The notes: generated by a model not told the origin, from the letters alone. DNA of 64,000 nucleotides from Octopus sinensis (GCF_006345805.1 NC_042997.1:67270001-67334000); one strand, 5' to 3'. Positions 22,791 to 36,534 are shown, counted from the stretch's first letter. Numbers and translations: made by a program.

Positions 22791-24853
22791 ATCATCTCTT
22801 AGTTGCCAGATGTGACTGGACACCGATATTATGTATCTCCAATATTTATGGGATTAGCCTGTGTTTCCCATCCATAAAAGGTCCAACTTTATAGCGTATC
22901 ATCAGACCCCCAAAGCCTATTGGCCTAAGACCTCATAAAAATATGGAAGGAGAAAAATCTCGCTATGAATGTACACAATGGGGGATTATCTCCCTTTGTC
23001 AATGGCTATCGACTCCCAGCTATGCCACCATCTTGTGGTCTTCAAAGGCTACCAAGGTGAATGATAGGGGGTTATCTCCCTTTACCATTGGCTATCAATT
23101 ACCAATCATGCTGCCATCTTGCAAATTCCAAAACACTAGCCGGAATTTCCTAAAATGTAAACATAGCCCAAAAATCTTCATTCTGGAGTTAAGGATGCTC
23201 ATTGGTTCCAGCGAATCTTTTAGGATTCTCCTGCATTCAGCTATGCATAACTTGCAACACTTCGTCCTGTTGTTGTAGGGCCTGGGTTTTCGAGTATTTT
23301 CCATGAGATCGAGTCTGGGATCCAATCATCTCTTAGTTGCCAGATGTAACTGGACAACGATGTTACGTATCTCCTTTCTGGAACTCTGAAGGTGGACCTA
23401 TGGCTGGAAAGGAGCTGCTTGAGAGAATTCCAGTAATCCAATATATTTCCGTGGGTATGTGTTGTCGGTGCTGCACCTGTTGCTGTTATTACTGCCAACG
23501 GTGTTGTTGTTGGAGCTGGGGATGGCTTCACTGGAGGTGGTGGTGACGGTAATGTTATCGCCCCTGCATGTGTTGTCAGTGCTGCACCTCGTTGCTGCTG
23601 CTGTCGCTGATATCATTGTTGGAGTTGGGGCCGCTGGTGTTGGCATTGCTGGAGGTGGTAGTGGCGTTGGTAATGCTATCACTACTGCAGGTTATAACAG
23701 AATTGTTATTACAATTATTGCGATCTTTGCCAATGGTGGAGGAGCTGCCACTGCTGCTAGAGGAGTCATTGGCTGTGGTTATGCCAGTGCTTCTGCTAGG
23801 ACTGCTGCTGTTGTCGTCTTCTTCTAATCAGGACTCACGCTATTAGCCACAAAGAATAATCTCTAATTCGAGCCTACTCTAAGCTACTAAGAATGTGTGT
23901 GGCAACTTGAAGATCCACCCACCACATGCGATAGACTGGTGGTTGCACAGGCACGAAAACTACGTTGTTATCCTCATTCTGTAAATGGTGGCTTTTAATG
24001 GGTGGAGAGCTGAACCATCTTGGAGTAGAGGATTCGCAATCTTGACTAGGGTCTGAAAGTTTACCACACCATAGTGGGTTACACCATGGTTCCTCTGCTT
24101 TGTGGCAGAAGTAGGAAGAAAGAGTAAGAGAAAGTTGTGGTGAAAGTGTACAGCAGGGTTCACCATCACCCCCTTCCCCCGCTGGAGCCTCGTGGAGCAT
24201 AGGTGTTTTTGCTCAATAAACACAATGTCCAGTTTGGGAATCGAAACTGCGAGTCTGCTACCCCAACCACTGGGCCATTGCTCCTCCACTGTTGCTGTTG
24301 TTGCCATTATAGCTGGTGATGGCACTGGACTTGTTTCTGCTGCTATTATAGGAGCTGTCAGGGCAGCTATTGGTAAGGCTAGTGTTGATGGCAATGCTGC
24401 TGACATTGTTAGTAATGCTGCTGTCCGGGGATGGGGGTTGGGTGGAAATTACTTAAAGTTTTGTTAGTGTTGTTATTGCTAACATTGTCCACTGCGGCGA
24501 TGGTGGCAGTGTTATTGGCTTTGTTCTCGTGTCTATGGTTGCTATTGCTTCTGCCGGTGGTAGTTGCAGGGTTTGCTAGTACTTCGATTTGATAGACCTT
24601 TGGTTTTGCAGCGGCCCCCTGCCGGGCAACTGTTGTGGTTCCTGCATGAACAGCCTACCTCATCCTGTGGCTTAGAGGAGCTAACTAGGATGCTCTTAAT
24701 ATTGGGGGCACAGCTAAATGAGACCCTAACATTGTGCCTGTTGAAAATGGGCCCATACCTATGGAAGCTAGTGAAACGCCTGTCTATTAATTTAAGGAAT
24801 AGTCTACCTACAGGTGTTATTGTGTTAAGGAAGAAGTGGGGGAGGTAAACCAA
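22791..24853 (-). mobile_element. Penelope-like element 3' part (RT linker, Cys motif, GIY-YIG endonuclease), interrupted by about 1.1 kb of low-complexity DNA
   Basis: GRLFLKLIDRRF...PIFNRHNVRVSFSCAPNIKS...CSCRNHNSCPAGGRCKTKG (24542-24853). KYIG, SHRSTFR...LSSYIWQLRD...ISWKILE and RPYNNRTKCCKLCIAE...LNSR...CLH (23095-23450). Partial direct repeat 22791-22840 of 23325-23374. Confidence 0.85.
22850..22910 (-). ncRNA. Degenerate hammerhead-ribozyme-like motif in the PLE 3' region
   Basis: Minus strand reads GGGGT-CTGATGA-(stem II with AAAG/CTTT)-GAAA-CACAGGC-TA-ATCCC. Stem I GGGGT/ATCCC pairs; stem III and the base of stem II are mismatched. Confidence 0.45.
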
Positions 24854-25467
24854 AACATTTCTGCAGCACTTTCTTATATTTTACCTGTCAGGCAAAAGTA
24901 AAGAATATGCACACCTGGTGTTTAGGGCTAGGGGTTTTTGTTATACCCAAAATGGGTGGTGTGCATATTCTTTACCTCTGCCTACCTTCTGATAGAAGCA
25001 ATTGGGTTAATCCCAACAAAATGCAAGTTTGGTCACCAGTTCAGCACCAATGTTTGTGTTCTTCATTCCAAAATAATAAAAACATAATAGGTGCAGGAGT
25101 GGCTGTGTGGTAAGAAGCTTACTTCCCAACCACATGGTTCCGGGTTCAGTCCTACTGTGTGGCACATCGGAAATGTTGGTTTTGGAGGGTGACTGTGTGC
25201 CAGGTCCACCAGATTGTTTACACGTAAAGTGAGAATAGAATTTGTAGTGTAAAAAAGTGTCTTTCCTTATGATGGAATTGGTCAATGATATTGGATATGC
25301 TTATCTTCTGTATTAAAAATAATAAAACTTACACTTTCTGCCCAGTAATACGTCTACTTTTTTTTGCCAAGGTGAACACTTACATTTTTTACTTTGGTAT
25401 AATACATGAAAACATGCCATAAACAAACGGAATATCAGAGATAATTCCCATCAGCACCGTTAAATAT

Positions 25468-25685
25468 ATTGGTTTCAAATTTTGGCACAAGGCCAGCAAT
25501 TTCGGGGGAGGGTTAAGTTGATTACAACTACCCCAGCACTCAACTGGTACTTATATTATCAACCCTGAAAGGGTGAAAGGCAAAGTTGACTCTGGCGGAA
25601 GTTGAACTAAGAACTTAGAAATGGATGAAATGCTGCTAAGCATTTCACCCAGCCTGCTAACAACACTGTCACCTCAATGCCTTTG
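25468..25685 (-). mobile_element. SINE family A copy
   Basis: ggcacaaggccagcaatttcggggg...gctaagcatttcacccagcctgctaac. Confidence 0.85.
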
Positions 25686-25999
25686 CACCTTTAAATACAT
25701 TGTAACTATTATATGAATCAATGTGTGCATGTGCTGTACTTTACACACAAACACCAACGAGTAATGCATGCTTTAGCACAAAATTAGTAAAATGTATTGT
25801 GTAGGACTGTTTACTGGAGTATGATTAATTTATACCATAGTTTCACATGGATTTCCTGATGGATGTAGATAATCTTCAATAATGAGGAGAATCCACTCCT
25901 CATGAAGATCACTATGACTACCCAAGTGAAACTATATTTAGAGAATTGATCTTATAGTAGTTAGCAACACATGCACTTCAAACACTACGCTATAAAATT

Positions 26000-27300
26000 T
26001 TATAACACAAAGAATGACATTGAATCTGCTGAACAGTTTCCCCTTTATGGATTTTTCCTTGTCACTGAAAGTACATGTGGAATCATTCCTGCTCTTGGAA
26101 TCTACAGTAGTTAAGGCAGAAAATACTGCTATGGGTCCCTGGAAGAAATCACTCATTAACAAGTTTATGAACATGAACACCTGCAAGACAATAATCAGAA
26201 TACAAAAGATGTCATTGTGGATCACACAGTGTATAAGCTTTTATGCAGAATTGCATAAAGAATTACCAAAAAAAGGATCCCCTACTAACTTCTCAGAATG
26301 CAGTAAGCAACCAATTCTCATACAAAACAGATATGTCAATAACACTCCTGCTAAAAAAAAAAAACCACCACAATTTGCCTCATCTGTAACTCTACACAGC
26401 CTGTATTCAAACTCTTTATCTTTTCCTCTCTACCATTAAGTCCACAGTCGCAGTATGTAAAAAACTTAACCCAGGAGCTTTATCACTTTCAAATAGTATG
26501 AAGTGAAGTTATATCCTATCCTCACCAATCTCTTTAGACAGGAATATGTAGCAAACTTTGGAAACACACTACAATGTAACCTTTCTCAACTACTGATTTA
26601 TTGCTCTCTTCAAACATCTCACTTCTTATCTTTCCCCTCTCCCAGTATGGCATCTACAGAAATATACCTCCAAAGACTACCTCTCCTATGTCACTCACCA
26701 ACAGTTACTTGTCAATGAGAACCTCCACAAAAGCAATGCCACTTCATTTGACATCACCGAAGTCTTCCACTATTTCTGACATGAGACTAACATCAAGTTT
26801 CTACTCATTTTTCATTAGGATATTATCTTTCAAACTGGATCGTTGCACCATGCATACGAGACCTTCTCCAATGGAGATGACTCCACCCTTTATTCCTCTT
26901 TAATCTTCTCCAACACACAAAAGTTACCCATATGCAACCTGGACACCTCACACCAGGCATACAAACTGACCTCCAAGCCCCATAACTGAACAAATCCCTT
27001 ATTTCCAAGAAATCTAACCCACTAATTACCATCCTATCTATTTTTCCTAAAGATATTGACCTATAAGTGTTCAAACTCAATATCAATTACATTGATCATA
27101 AACACTGCTCTGTTTCCCACCTTAAAATAATAAATAAAACTTACCAATTACAATATTGACTAAGCACATCCTGTGGTTCCAACTGAGGGCGTAGGGCATA
27201 GAAACAGTATTGACTTAATCTCAGACAATAGAGTGCCGATAAAATATGGACCACCATTTCAGGTGATCATCTAATACGCTTGACATTCATACAACCCAAT
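26000..27300 (+). mobile_element. Highly decayed LINE (CR1/Jockey-like RT) remnant
   Basis: Fragments such as FDITEVF..*HE (resembling LDISKAFDRVWHE) near 26750, with many stops. Boundaries are approximate. Confidence 0.4.
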
Positions 27301-29384
27301 GTGCTATGGTTAACTCATATACACAAACTATACCTTGTCATATTGATGATGCTAACCCTGACCACACTTATGTCTAAATAATTTGACAAGAGTCTTTTTT
27401 TTTTCAACCATTCCAGGAGAGCTGCTTGCTGTTCAAGTAGTTATTACAGTATTTAATGATTGGCCTCAAAGGTTCATACTGCACTTTTGGATATAATTTT
27501 CTTTATGAAAAACAAAAGTTAAAAAAAAAAAAAAATTCCCTTCCAACTTCTCTCAGCCATGTAACCTCTTCTATAGTAAGACACCTGTACTTGTCCTATC
27601 GTATTTTATCTTTCCATATCTGACACAAAACCATCTCCCTATCTCTCGAATACATTCCTATTCAGTTGAGGAGGGCTTTTTTTCTTAATTTGGTTTTGTG
27701 GCCTCACTTGAGCCACAAAAAGTGCACCCAGTACACACTGTAAAATGGTTTGCATTAGAAAGGGAAACCGCCCAAAGCTGACACTGCAGTCAGACGTAAC
27801 AGTGGCTCATCAAACCCTGTCAAACTGTTCAACCCATGCCAGATTGAAAAAAAAAAAGGGATATTAAATGATAAAGAGAAGTTGGAAGTGATACAGTTTA
27901 CAACGACCTTTGTTGTAAGCATTGTACAATTAGGTAACTATTTGATTAATAAACAGAATTAAATCCCATCATGACACAGATTTGAGATTTTTTGTGGAAT
28001 TTAATAGAAGCTTAAAACTGTACATTATGGATACCTGTCCAAAGTTATGTACAATTTTGTTTTTTACGTTATTATAGTAGATTTGTTTTGTATATTATCA
28101 TATCAAAGCTTCTCTTTCCAATTTCATACACTTTCTCTAGCGAAATATCTGCTAGATTTCTCTACTATCTCCAAACACAAAGAAGACAGTCCCATCACGG
28201 GCTGGTGCTTGGTTATAGTTTCAAGGTTTTAAATTAAGAGAAATTCCACACTCCACTCGGGATTTTGTGTAGGAGGAACAGCCTGTTGCAGTTTAAGTAA
28301 CAAGCATACTTGCATGCACAAGCAGCTCTTCTCTCAACAGCTAGGACCATAAAATTATGTACTTATGTTTATTACACCATGAAATGCCTGCAATTATATT
28401 TTTCACAAATTTATTTAAAACCCCACATAAAAACAACTCTAATAACAAAACAACCCAGTAGCTTAACAAATGCCCAAAGTAGCTTCACTTAAATGTTACA
28501 TTATTTTGTTTTTTTATTTAAAGCATAAAATACAATTGTGGAATAGTTAAAACAAATAGCATTAAACAAACTTTTATTTTTTCACTTGTTCCTTTTTGTT
28601 GTTTTATATTTACCCATGCTAGTAAATGGGTACAATGGGTTTGCAAATTTATATATCATTTGGCATGCTAGTGAAGCAAGTTATTAAGGTGGCAAACTGG
28701 CAGAATCATCTGAGCATCATTCAAAAAAAGATTTTAAGAAAGCTTTGCAGTATTGCTTCTGTCTTTGTGATCCAAATTCAAATACCACAGAAGTCAACTT
28801 TATTGCATCAACTTTGGGAAGGATAAAAAGTCAAGTACTTTGGTTTCTACATATCAACTTGCCTCCCACTTCTAAATTTCTAGCCTTGTACCTAAAACAC
28901 TTAGCCATGAATTGGAGTAAATCTGTTTCTCAGCCAACCAGACTAAAGCAGAGTGCTACATCTTTGTCCAAGCACACACCACAATGGCTAGCAGCAGCCA
29001 CAAAGCTTGAACTTGTACTCAATAACCCAACACCTAAGAACTAAAATCAAATGGCTGCAACCATCCATCAGAAGTATAAAAAAAGACAAACACTACTTCT
29101 ACAAAACTTACTAAAAGTAAACAAACACAAACTTTCAGAATAATAATTGTTCAGACTGTTGGCATTAATATACTAGCCATCATGCAGTTTCTCAAAGTAA
29201 TTTTATGAAATAATTCACGTATCATTAACACATGCATATGCAACACAAGTAACAAGCAGAAAAATAATTTTCATTGTTTTACGTATCTATTTTCCCCACA
29301 CTAGTAAAGCTACAGCTCTTTTCTCAAGTTTGGACAGTTGCTAGGCAATAAGAAGCAGGCATTAATGATCAAGGAAAATGAAAA

Positions 29385-32170
29385 TAATGGTTTCAATTTT
29401 CAACACAAGACCAGCAATTTCAGGGAAGAAAGTAAATCGATTATATTGATCTCAGGGTTCAACTGATACATATTTTATCAAACCAAAACGATGAAATGGC
29501 AAAGTTTAACTGTATCAGACAAAATATCTTGCATTATATGTTCAAACAAGTTGGCAAATCCACCACCCTTACTTTCTAAATTAAGCACAAGCCCAATACT
29601 TTTTGGGGGAAGTGTTAGTCAATTATATTGAGTTCAGTATTTAAGTGGTATTTATTTAATTAATGCTAGTACAATTAAAAGCAAAACTGATCTTGGCAGA
29701 CATTGATCTGAGATTGTAAAAGGACATACCTAGATACAATTCCGTACTTAGATTATGACCACTGCATCTTCCAAATCAACCTTGGAAATAATAATAATGG
29801 TTTCAAGTTTTGGCACAAGACCAGCAAGTTTGGGGGAGAAGCTAAGTCGATTACATTGATCTCAGTGCTCAACTGGTATTTATTTTATTGACTACAAAAG
29901 GATGAAGAGCAAAGTCAACCTCAATAGAATTTGAACTCAAAACAAAGGACAAAATGCCGCTAAGCATTTCACCCGGTGTGCTAACAATTTTGCTGGCTCA
30001 CCACCTTAATAATAATTTCTACACATACACAAGGTCAAAAATTTGGGGAAAGGGAACCGTTGATCAGTATTTGACTAGTATTTTATTTTATCACCCTACC
30101 CAGAAGGACGAAAGTCAAAGTTGACTGTGTATTATTTGCTCCAGCTCTACATTCTGAGGTCAAATTCTACTGAGCCATGTTGTTCAATGCTCTGACAATT
30201 TTGTAAGCCCGAGAAGCAATTTTAATATACATACAAGACCACAAATTTTTGTAAGTAATTCTAGTCAAATACTGAGGTCAATAAAATAACCAACCAATAC
30301 TTTATTTTTTAATCAACCCCAGAAGGGTGAAAAGTTTAGTTTACTTCGGCAGTATTTGAACTCGGTGAGTCATTACTCCAGTGCATTACCATTTTTAGAA
30401 ATAAATGGCAACAACAGCACAAAGCCAGAAATTTAGTGCTGAAAGGAATAGCTAATTCTCAACCCCAGTATTTGACTGGTATTTTGTGCTAACCAGTACT
30501 TGGTTGCTATTTTGTTATATTGATACTGGAAGGATGAAAAGCAGTTGATCTCACAGGGATTTGAACTCAGGGTACCAAAATCCAAAACAAATACCACAAA
30601 ACTTTCTGCCCAATGTTTTAATAAATCTGCCAGTCCACCACCCTTGACTATAATAATAATAATAATATTCCACTCTTTCACCTCTTCTTTCTCCCTCTCT
30701 TCCCAAGTACAAGGCCTAAAAGTTTGTGAGGGTTGGGTTGATTGATTAAATGGACTCAAGTAGTTGACTGGTACTTTATCATATTGAGCCCAGATGGAAG
30801 AAAGCTAAAGTTTGATCTCCATAGGATATGAACTTAATGATTTTTAACATCAGTACAAGGCCAAAAATCTTGTGGTGGGTGGAAACATTTCATTCATTTA
30901 TTCATTCATTCCCTACTTCATTGATACTTATTTTATTAATATTTTATTATCAGGATAAAAAAAAAATCAACTCTTGAAGTCAGAATGTAAAGAAATAGAA
31001 CTAAATCCTGTTAAGACATTTTATCTCACATTCTGATAACATTATTCCATAAATAGCACAATGCAAAAAAATTTTGGATGGAAAGAAATGTAGTTTGATT
31101 AACTTGACTGCCACTTTTTTTTTATTAAACCTAGGAAAATGAAAAATCAAAGCCAAATTATACAAAAGTTGATTGGTTGGTTTTCATTCTCCCAGAGTCA
31201 ATAAAATTAGCTCCATTCATTTGCTGGAGGTTAATGTAAGAAACTAATCCTTACAAAATTGTGGTGTAGTGCCAAAGAAAGAAATTATTATCATCATCAC
31301 TATTTACAATGATATTTTTATCTCTAAGTTCTTATTTCGTTTCATTGAAACATTAGACCAACCAAGTTAGCACTGTGCATATAAATACAATGGAAGCCAG
31401 AGAATAATAACTTGATTTCAAAATAAGAAGTTTCAGAATCATACTAACTTTTCCATTGTATCTCACCATAACAGTAAGTATTAAACACAAGTCTGAAGTC
31501 TAAAACTTATAGAGTATGAGCTAAAACTTATATAGATGAATGGGTAAGGGGTTATGATTTTATGCCCTCATTAAAACGATTAGTGACACTAATGAAATAT
31601 TTCCAGCAAGGAATTGTGGACTCAGTTTGCCCAGAATTTTAGTGTTACAATATAACCCTTACCAAAAGAACAAGGATATGAATTTCTAACATAGGCACAA
31701 GACCACATATTCTGAAGTAAAATATTGCTAATTATATCAACCCTCAGTTGGTACGTGACTTACATTAATCAACTACAGAAGGATGGAAGGCAAAGTTGAC
31801 CTGGACAAGATTTGAATTCAAAACAAAGAGACACAGCCATAGTATAGGTACAAAGACATTTTAATGAAAGAGTATAGTTGATTAAACTGTCCCCACCCCC
31901 AAATCTTGAGTGGTACTTATTCTATGAGTACCCAGAATAACAAAAGGTATAGTTGATACCAACAAAATTTAAACTGAGAATGTGAAAGAATGTAACTGAA
32001 TACCAAAATACATTTTGTCTAGTATTCAACCACTTATCAATCTCCATAATAATAATAATATGATGATGGTGGTTTCTGAAATCGGCACAACCCAGAAATT
32101 TTGGAGACAAAACAGTTGTCTTATTTTAATGACCCCCAAAAAGATGGGAAAAAAATGTCAAAATAATTGT
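29385..32170 (-). mobile_element. Array of about 12 degenerate family-A SINE copies, mostly co-oriented
   Basis: The anchor motif (g)cacaag(g/a)cc recurs at about 29404, 29585, 29812, 30028, 30232, 30417, 30707, 30853, 31055, 31694, 31847 and 32084. Confidence 0.7.
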
Positions 32171-32766
32171 AAAATAAATTACATTAAATAAGAAATTAAC
32201 AGTTTAGGGAAGCAATAAATGATTTAATATATACATAATATCCTAATTTATAGTCTAATTGTTTTAATTACTCAACTTATCAGTGTCCATGGATAAGTTA
32301 GCATAAAACCAATTCTGTGTAGGAATAAAAACAGAGACATAGATAGAGGGGGAATGGAAAAGATCAGTGCAACAATAACATTGAACAAACTTTCAGAGTT
32401 TCTTCAAGAGAGAGGAAAGCAATCCATTACAAATGAGCAGAGAATTAAATATAAATGGAACAAAAATTAGATAGGATAATAATAATAATAACAATGATGA
32501 GGATGATAACTGGTGATTGCTAACTGTGACACAAGGCCACAAACTTTGAGGGAGAGGGTACAGTCAATGACTGAATTGACCACCAGTATATCACTGGTAA
32601 TTATTTTAGCAAACCTCCCCATTAAAGGAAGAAAAGGCAATGTCAACACTAGTGGATGTGAAATCAGAACACAAAGGGACGCAACTAAATACTGCAAAGC
32701 ATTTTGTCCGCCACACTACTAATTCTGCACTCCACCGCACTAATAATATTAATGATAATAATAATA

Positions 32767-33362
32767 TTAAGAGTCTTCTTTTTTCTTAATAGACCAAAGA
32801 GGGTCAAGTGAACTAAGAGGATCATCTGGGTCATTCATGCTATCTGTAATTGATGTGGTTTTATTTGTGAAACTTGATTTTGTAATCTTTTTACGTCCAG
32901 CTGTCAGTTCAAGTGTAAAAGTATTAGGATTTTGTAGCTGAGCCAAAGAGAGTGGTATATCTTTCTGCTGACTACTGCCAATGTGTTGGGGTGAATTACT
33001 CATTGAGGTTGTACCACTGCTCCCACCTGCAGTACCAATGCTTTTGGAAGAAGAGCCCGAACCAGATCGACTTCGGCTCTCAACCTGGGCTTCACCTGTG
33101 GCATCAGATGTATTCAAATTGCACTGCTGTTGCACAAGGTCAGGAAGATTGGAAGAAGTTGAGTCAACAACTTTACCAGAATCTACTTCACTGTTAGTCT
33201 CTTCACTCTTTGAACTTGTTACTTTAGAGTCCTTAGAAGTCTCAGTTTGTGCAGATGATACATTGATTTTGGTCAAGTCTTCAGATGGCTTCCTCTGGTG
33301 TGTCTTGTCTCCAGGATTTGGTAGTTTATCACCAAAAGAAGCTTTATTGGTCAGAATTCCAC
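32767..33362 (-). CDS. PTPN23: PTPN23/HD-PTP last coding exon (Ser-rich tail ending DPLSSLDPLWSIKKKEDS*)
   Basis: tttcag acceptor, phase 1; stop TAA at 32767-32769; the DPLSxLDPLW tail is typical of HD-PTP. Confidence 0.92.
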
Positions 33363-34300
33363 CTGAAATGTAAACACCACCATGTTAAGAATAATAGCAA
33401 CAGATTAATCTAACAATAAAATATAGAGGAGGTGTCTTGCTATACATGCATACACATATCAAGACACTTGTTTCTGCCCCTGTTTCTTTCTCACACTTTA
33501 ACCTTTCATCATCTGACAAGATCACCTCCTCCAATGCCCCCTCTTCTATAGCAAGACACCCATTTTTGCCTCTCTGTTTCTAACTTTTCCATTATCTGAC
33601 ACAAAATCCCCTCCTCTAATGCCCTCTCTCCTTTCAAAATTCCTTGTCTTGCAATTTACTTGCTGACCCTGCCAGTGCTGGTACCACGTGAAAAGCATCC
33701 AGTCCACCTTGTAAAGCAGTTGGCATTTGAATGGGTAACCAGCAGAAAAATCCATGCCAAAACTGACCTCACTTGTACTCAGAACACTTTGAGGAGTGGT
33801 TGGTGTTAGGAAGGGCATCCAGCTGCAAATATCCTGCCAAAAAACAGACACAGAAGTCTAGTGCGGTCTTCTACCTGGCCAGCTCCTGTCAAACCATCCA
33901 ACCCATGATGATGTAGATGTGAGATGTTAGGGAGTGAAGAGGATAACTAGGTAACCAGTTAAAAGGAACCACTTCCTTTTAAAATCCATTCCCATTTTTT
34001 ATATCCTCTCCCACTATATTTTACAATGATCATCCCCTTTCTGTGCCTCCAGTTACCTTTTCCTTTCCTCTGTGATACCTCTGAGGACTCATTACCTTAC
34101 ATTTAAATCTTTCTGATCTACTATCACTCTTCACTTTGTCATATCTGCTGCCGATAGCCTCACCACCTATCTTTGTCAACTGCCACTTTTCACTACCCAA
34201 TTTACAGAAAAGAGAAAGTCTAATACATCTGAAAAAGAAAATAAATAATTATAAAAGACAGCCAATTTATCTAAGAAATTTATGCAAGAAATTTCCTTAC

Positions 34301-34500
34301 GTTTCATAAGTAAATCTTCTGCATGATATAAAATGGTATCATAACAGTATTTGAGCTGTTCCTTATCTCGAATGATATATCGGCGTTTCTTCATCATCTT
34401 TTGGCACAATGCTTGAATATCTAGAATTCCATTGGCATGATTCACTTCTTCAACTCCAGCATACACAGAAATAAAGGTTCCTGTTCGGCCTACTCCATTA
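34301..34500 (-). CDS. PTPN23: PTPN23 exon: PTP P-loop second half (SNGVGRTG) to Q-loop
   Basis: 200 bp, phase 2-1, ag/gtaagg boundaries. Confidence 0.95.
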
Positions 34501-35336
34501 CTAACAAACAAAAGGTAAACAGAAAGAATAAAATTGGATAAATGTATACGCTTAAAAAACAAGATAATTGTCAGTTTTTCTGTTAGTATTGCTTGGATTT
34601 AGGAAAAAGTTCTAGAACTCAATAAAAAAAGATCAAATGAGTTTAATAATAAGTGAAATCTAGAGAAAAGGCCAATTCTATCAGGCACCAAAATATAAAA
34701 TAAAGTTAGTACCTTTGATGACCATTACTGAATACTTCTCTACTTATAAGCAATGAATTAAATACCAGACACTATTATGAATTGAAAATTTTAACGCTAT
34801 GGTTTTAGATGATACATAAAATAGAAAAAATAAAGAGGTAATTTAAATGTTCAACTTCCACTAATTGCAACTAAACTAAATGGAGTGAAATAAGAAACAT
34901 CAATCCCAAATTTAGTAAGCCTTTAAAAAAAAACTGAAAAAAAACCCAGAAAACTATATAGTTCTTTACAAGAGCAAGAATCAGGATATGTTTGCCTATG
35001 ATACAGTTTGCTTTGTAGAAGTATCCAGATAAGATATGTTTAGCCTAGCAAGAGTAGATAGCTGATATTTTTAATTTTGCAGATATGGACAGCTGATAAG
35101 ATTAGCCTTCAGAGAAATTATATTAGCCTGACAGAGACAAATAGCTATATGTAACATTTTAACTATTCTACACCAATTTTGATCTACTATCACTCTTCAC
35201 CATGTCATATCTAAATATTGATGTATTATATTGGAACAAAGTCTTCTTTAATAATTGAAACAAACTTGTGAGTGTATTTCATTAAAAATATGGTGACAAA
35301 AGAGTAAATAGAAATATCTATGATAAAATAGCTTAC

Positions 35337-35441
35337 CTGCAGTGAACAATAACTGGTTTAGTTAGGCTTCTCTGTTGTCGATAGAAAGAATGTACTTCTG
35401 CAATAAACTGCAGTAAATAGGGGATCTTTTCAGGGAAGCCA
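35337..35441 (-). CDS. PTPN23: PTPN23 exon (GFPEKIPYLLQFIAEVH...PVIVHC)
   Basis: 105 bp, phase 2-2; not in the ORF track; joins to give VHCSNGVGRTG. Confidence 0.95.
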
Positions 35442-35814
35442 CTAGAAATGAAAGAAAATTAGAAGGTTCTGTTGATAATTTTGATTTTAAGCACAAGCTA
35501 GTAATTTGTGGGGCAGCATTCAATCAATTACATGATTGGTATTTTATTTCATTGACTCAAGACAAATGAAAGACAAAGCTGACATTGGTAGGCTTTGAAC
35601 TCAGACTTAAGAATAAAAATATTGCATTCTAGCATTAGGAAAGGTATCCAGCCATAGAAACCATGCCAAATTAGACAGGAACCTGGTGCAGCTCTCCAGC
35701 TTACTAATTTCAGTCAAACCATATGCTAAATGATAATGTTCAATGGTCTAATAATAACTGTTTGTAATGTATGCACGAGGCCAGAAATTTGTGAGGAGTG
35801 ATTTAATCAATTAA

Positions 35815-36035
35815 CCCTTCAGCATTTAAACTGGCCATATCTGGCCCACATATTCTACGGATTTTATGTTCAAACTGGTCAAATCTAACATGTTACACCT
35901 ACCCTACAATATCTTTCTAAGAATAAGCAATCACATCATCAAAAATCTGAAAGCTACACGGTAATGCATGATTAATTCAAAATAATATGAATCAATAAGC
36001 ATTACATTTGAGAGAGTAATCTGAATGCTAAAGGG
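35815..36035. mobile_element. 221-bp piggyBac-type MITE nested in a SINE-A fragment
   Basis: TTAA-CCCTTCAGCATT...AATGCTAAAGGG-TTAA; SINE-A-like sequence continues on both sides. Confidence 0.85.
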
Positions 36036-36481
36036 TTAAATCAACCTCAGTGTTTGAAGGGTGTGTATCAATAACAATGTCTCAAGAAATATTTCTCATA
36101 CTAACATTTTCTTACATTGAAATAATCTAAAAATAATTTCTCACAAAGTGATGCATTTTTTAGAAAAGGAGAAGAAGGAAGAGAGTGAGCAGGGGAAAGG
36201 GAGAGGGAGATAGATGTGCAGATGAAAGAAAGAATGGAAGAGGTAAAGGGAGAGAGGAAGGATGGATGGAAGAAAAAGAAAGGGAGAGGAGGGAAAGGGC
36301 AGATGGAAGAAGGCAGGAGACAGATTGGACAGAGTGGAGGAAGAGTGAAGGACGGAAAAAAATAGAGGAAGACGGATGGAAAGAGAAACCGGATATGAAA
36401 CAATGCAGAAAGAAGAAACAATATCAGTAAAATAAAAAAATCAAATATGTGGTTAGAATTGCATATATTTCAAATATATAC

Positions 36482-36534
36482 CTGACAGGCCAGTTCCGAT
36501 ACTGAAGATGGACAATTGTTCTAGCTTGCTTGGT
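36482..36534 (-). CDS. PTPN23: PTPN23 exon (TKQARTIVHLQYRNWPVS; WPD-loop equivalent)
   Basis: 53 bp, phase 0-2, gattag/gtatat boundaries. Confidence 0.9.

Noticed and set aside
23337-24467. Many overlapping ORFs of 70-150 aa on both strands
   Set aside because: Stop-poor trinucleotide low-complexity DNA inside a PLE; no splice or domain evidence.
32952-33373. Plus-strand ORFs of 81 and 130 aa
   Set aside because: Antisense shadows of the last PTPN23 exon.
36101-36430. ORFs of 81 and 106 aa
   Set aside because: Purine-rich simple repeat in an intron.
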